A stretch of 64,000 bases of DNA. Origin: a virus. Each line of letters starts with the position of its first letter. The stretch's first letter is position 1. Shown piece by piece: positions 63,991-64,000 of the stretch. The stretch lies in the IMG/VR virus record IMGVR_UViG_3300045988_149624. One strand, 5' to 3'. The notes below the pieces were generated by a model. It did not search any database. It was not told where the DNA came from and worked only from the letters and a program-made list of their open reading frames with translations. The position numbers and the translations under genes were made by a program.

Positions 63991-64000
63991 TATCTCCTTA

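Noticed and set aside
1-64000. A search for tRNA, rRNA, integrase/att, transposase, reverse transcriptase, toxin-antitoxin pairs and CRISPR-Cas genes.
   Set aside because: I saw no cloverleaf-like GC-rich ~75-nt segment in the intergenic regions. I also saw no tyrosine or serine recombinase, DDE, RT (YxDD) or Cas motifs in any ORF. This is a by-eye result, so absence is not proven.

Overview
Very AT-rich DNA with AGGAGG/AGGTGA ribosome-binding sites, typical of low-GC Firmicutes (Clostridium-like). I read it as a segment of a large tailed phage, possibly a phage-plasmid. It has three blocks. (1) nt 1-36.9 kb, + strand: the late tail, baseplate and host-recognition module. It holds Dit/Tal-like genes and an 1802-aa protein with six ~143-aa tandem repeats. 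A 1291-aa virion-associated peptidoglycan hydrolase follows (2x NlpC/P60, SLT, 3D, SH3). Next is a lamin-tail-domain plus metallophosphoesterase protein whose gene is split by a group I intron carrying an endonuclease ORF. Then comes a 2068-aa LamG + CotH-like + leucine-rich-repeat protein. The block ends with five to six fibre or tailspike genes that share one ~75-aa N-terminal module, with endolysin and holin genes interleaved. (2) nt 36.9-42.3 kb, + strand: a plasmid-like accessory island. It contains a consensus promoter with a 17-codon ORF, a ParM/ParR-type partition locus and an orphan 93-aa gene behind a long 5' hairpin. It also carries a four-gene cassette (RHH protein, two small membrane proteins, 750-aa VirB4/HerA/FtsK-superfamily ATPase) and a candidate small RNA. 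(3) nt 42.5-64 kb, - strand: the early replication and nucleotide-metabolism module. Recognisable products are dUTPase, a P-loop kinase, a wHTH protein, RecU, a guanylate-kinase-like protein, NrdG/NrdD, an N6-adenine methyltransferase and an HNH-like + beta-CASP nuclease. Also present are a DnaE-type PolIII alpha, a deoxyribonucleotidase, a RecJ-like DHH protein, a primase and a DnaB/RecA-fold helicase. Many small Cys-rich proteins lie between them. This block is punctuated by at least seven copies of a near-identical TTGACA-17-TGnTATAAT promoter module. I recognised no rRNA, tRNA, CRISPR array, integrase or transposase. All functions come from motifs read by eye; no database search was possible.
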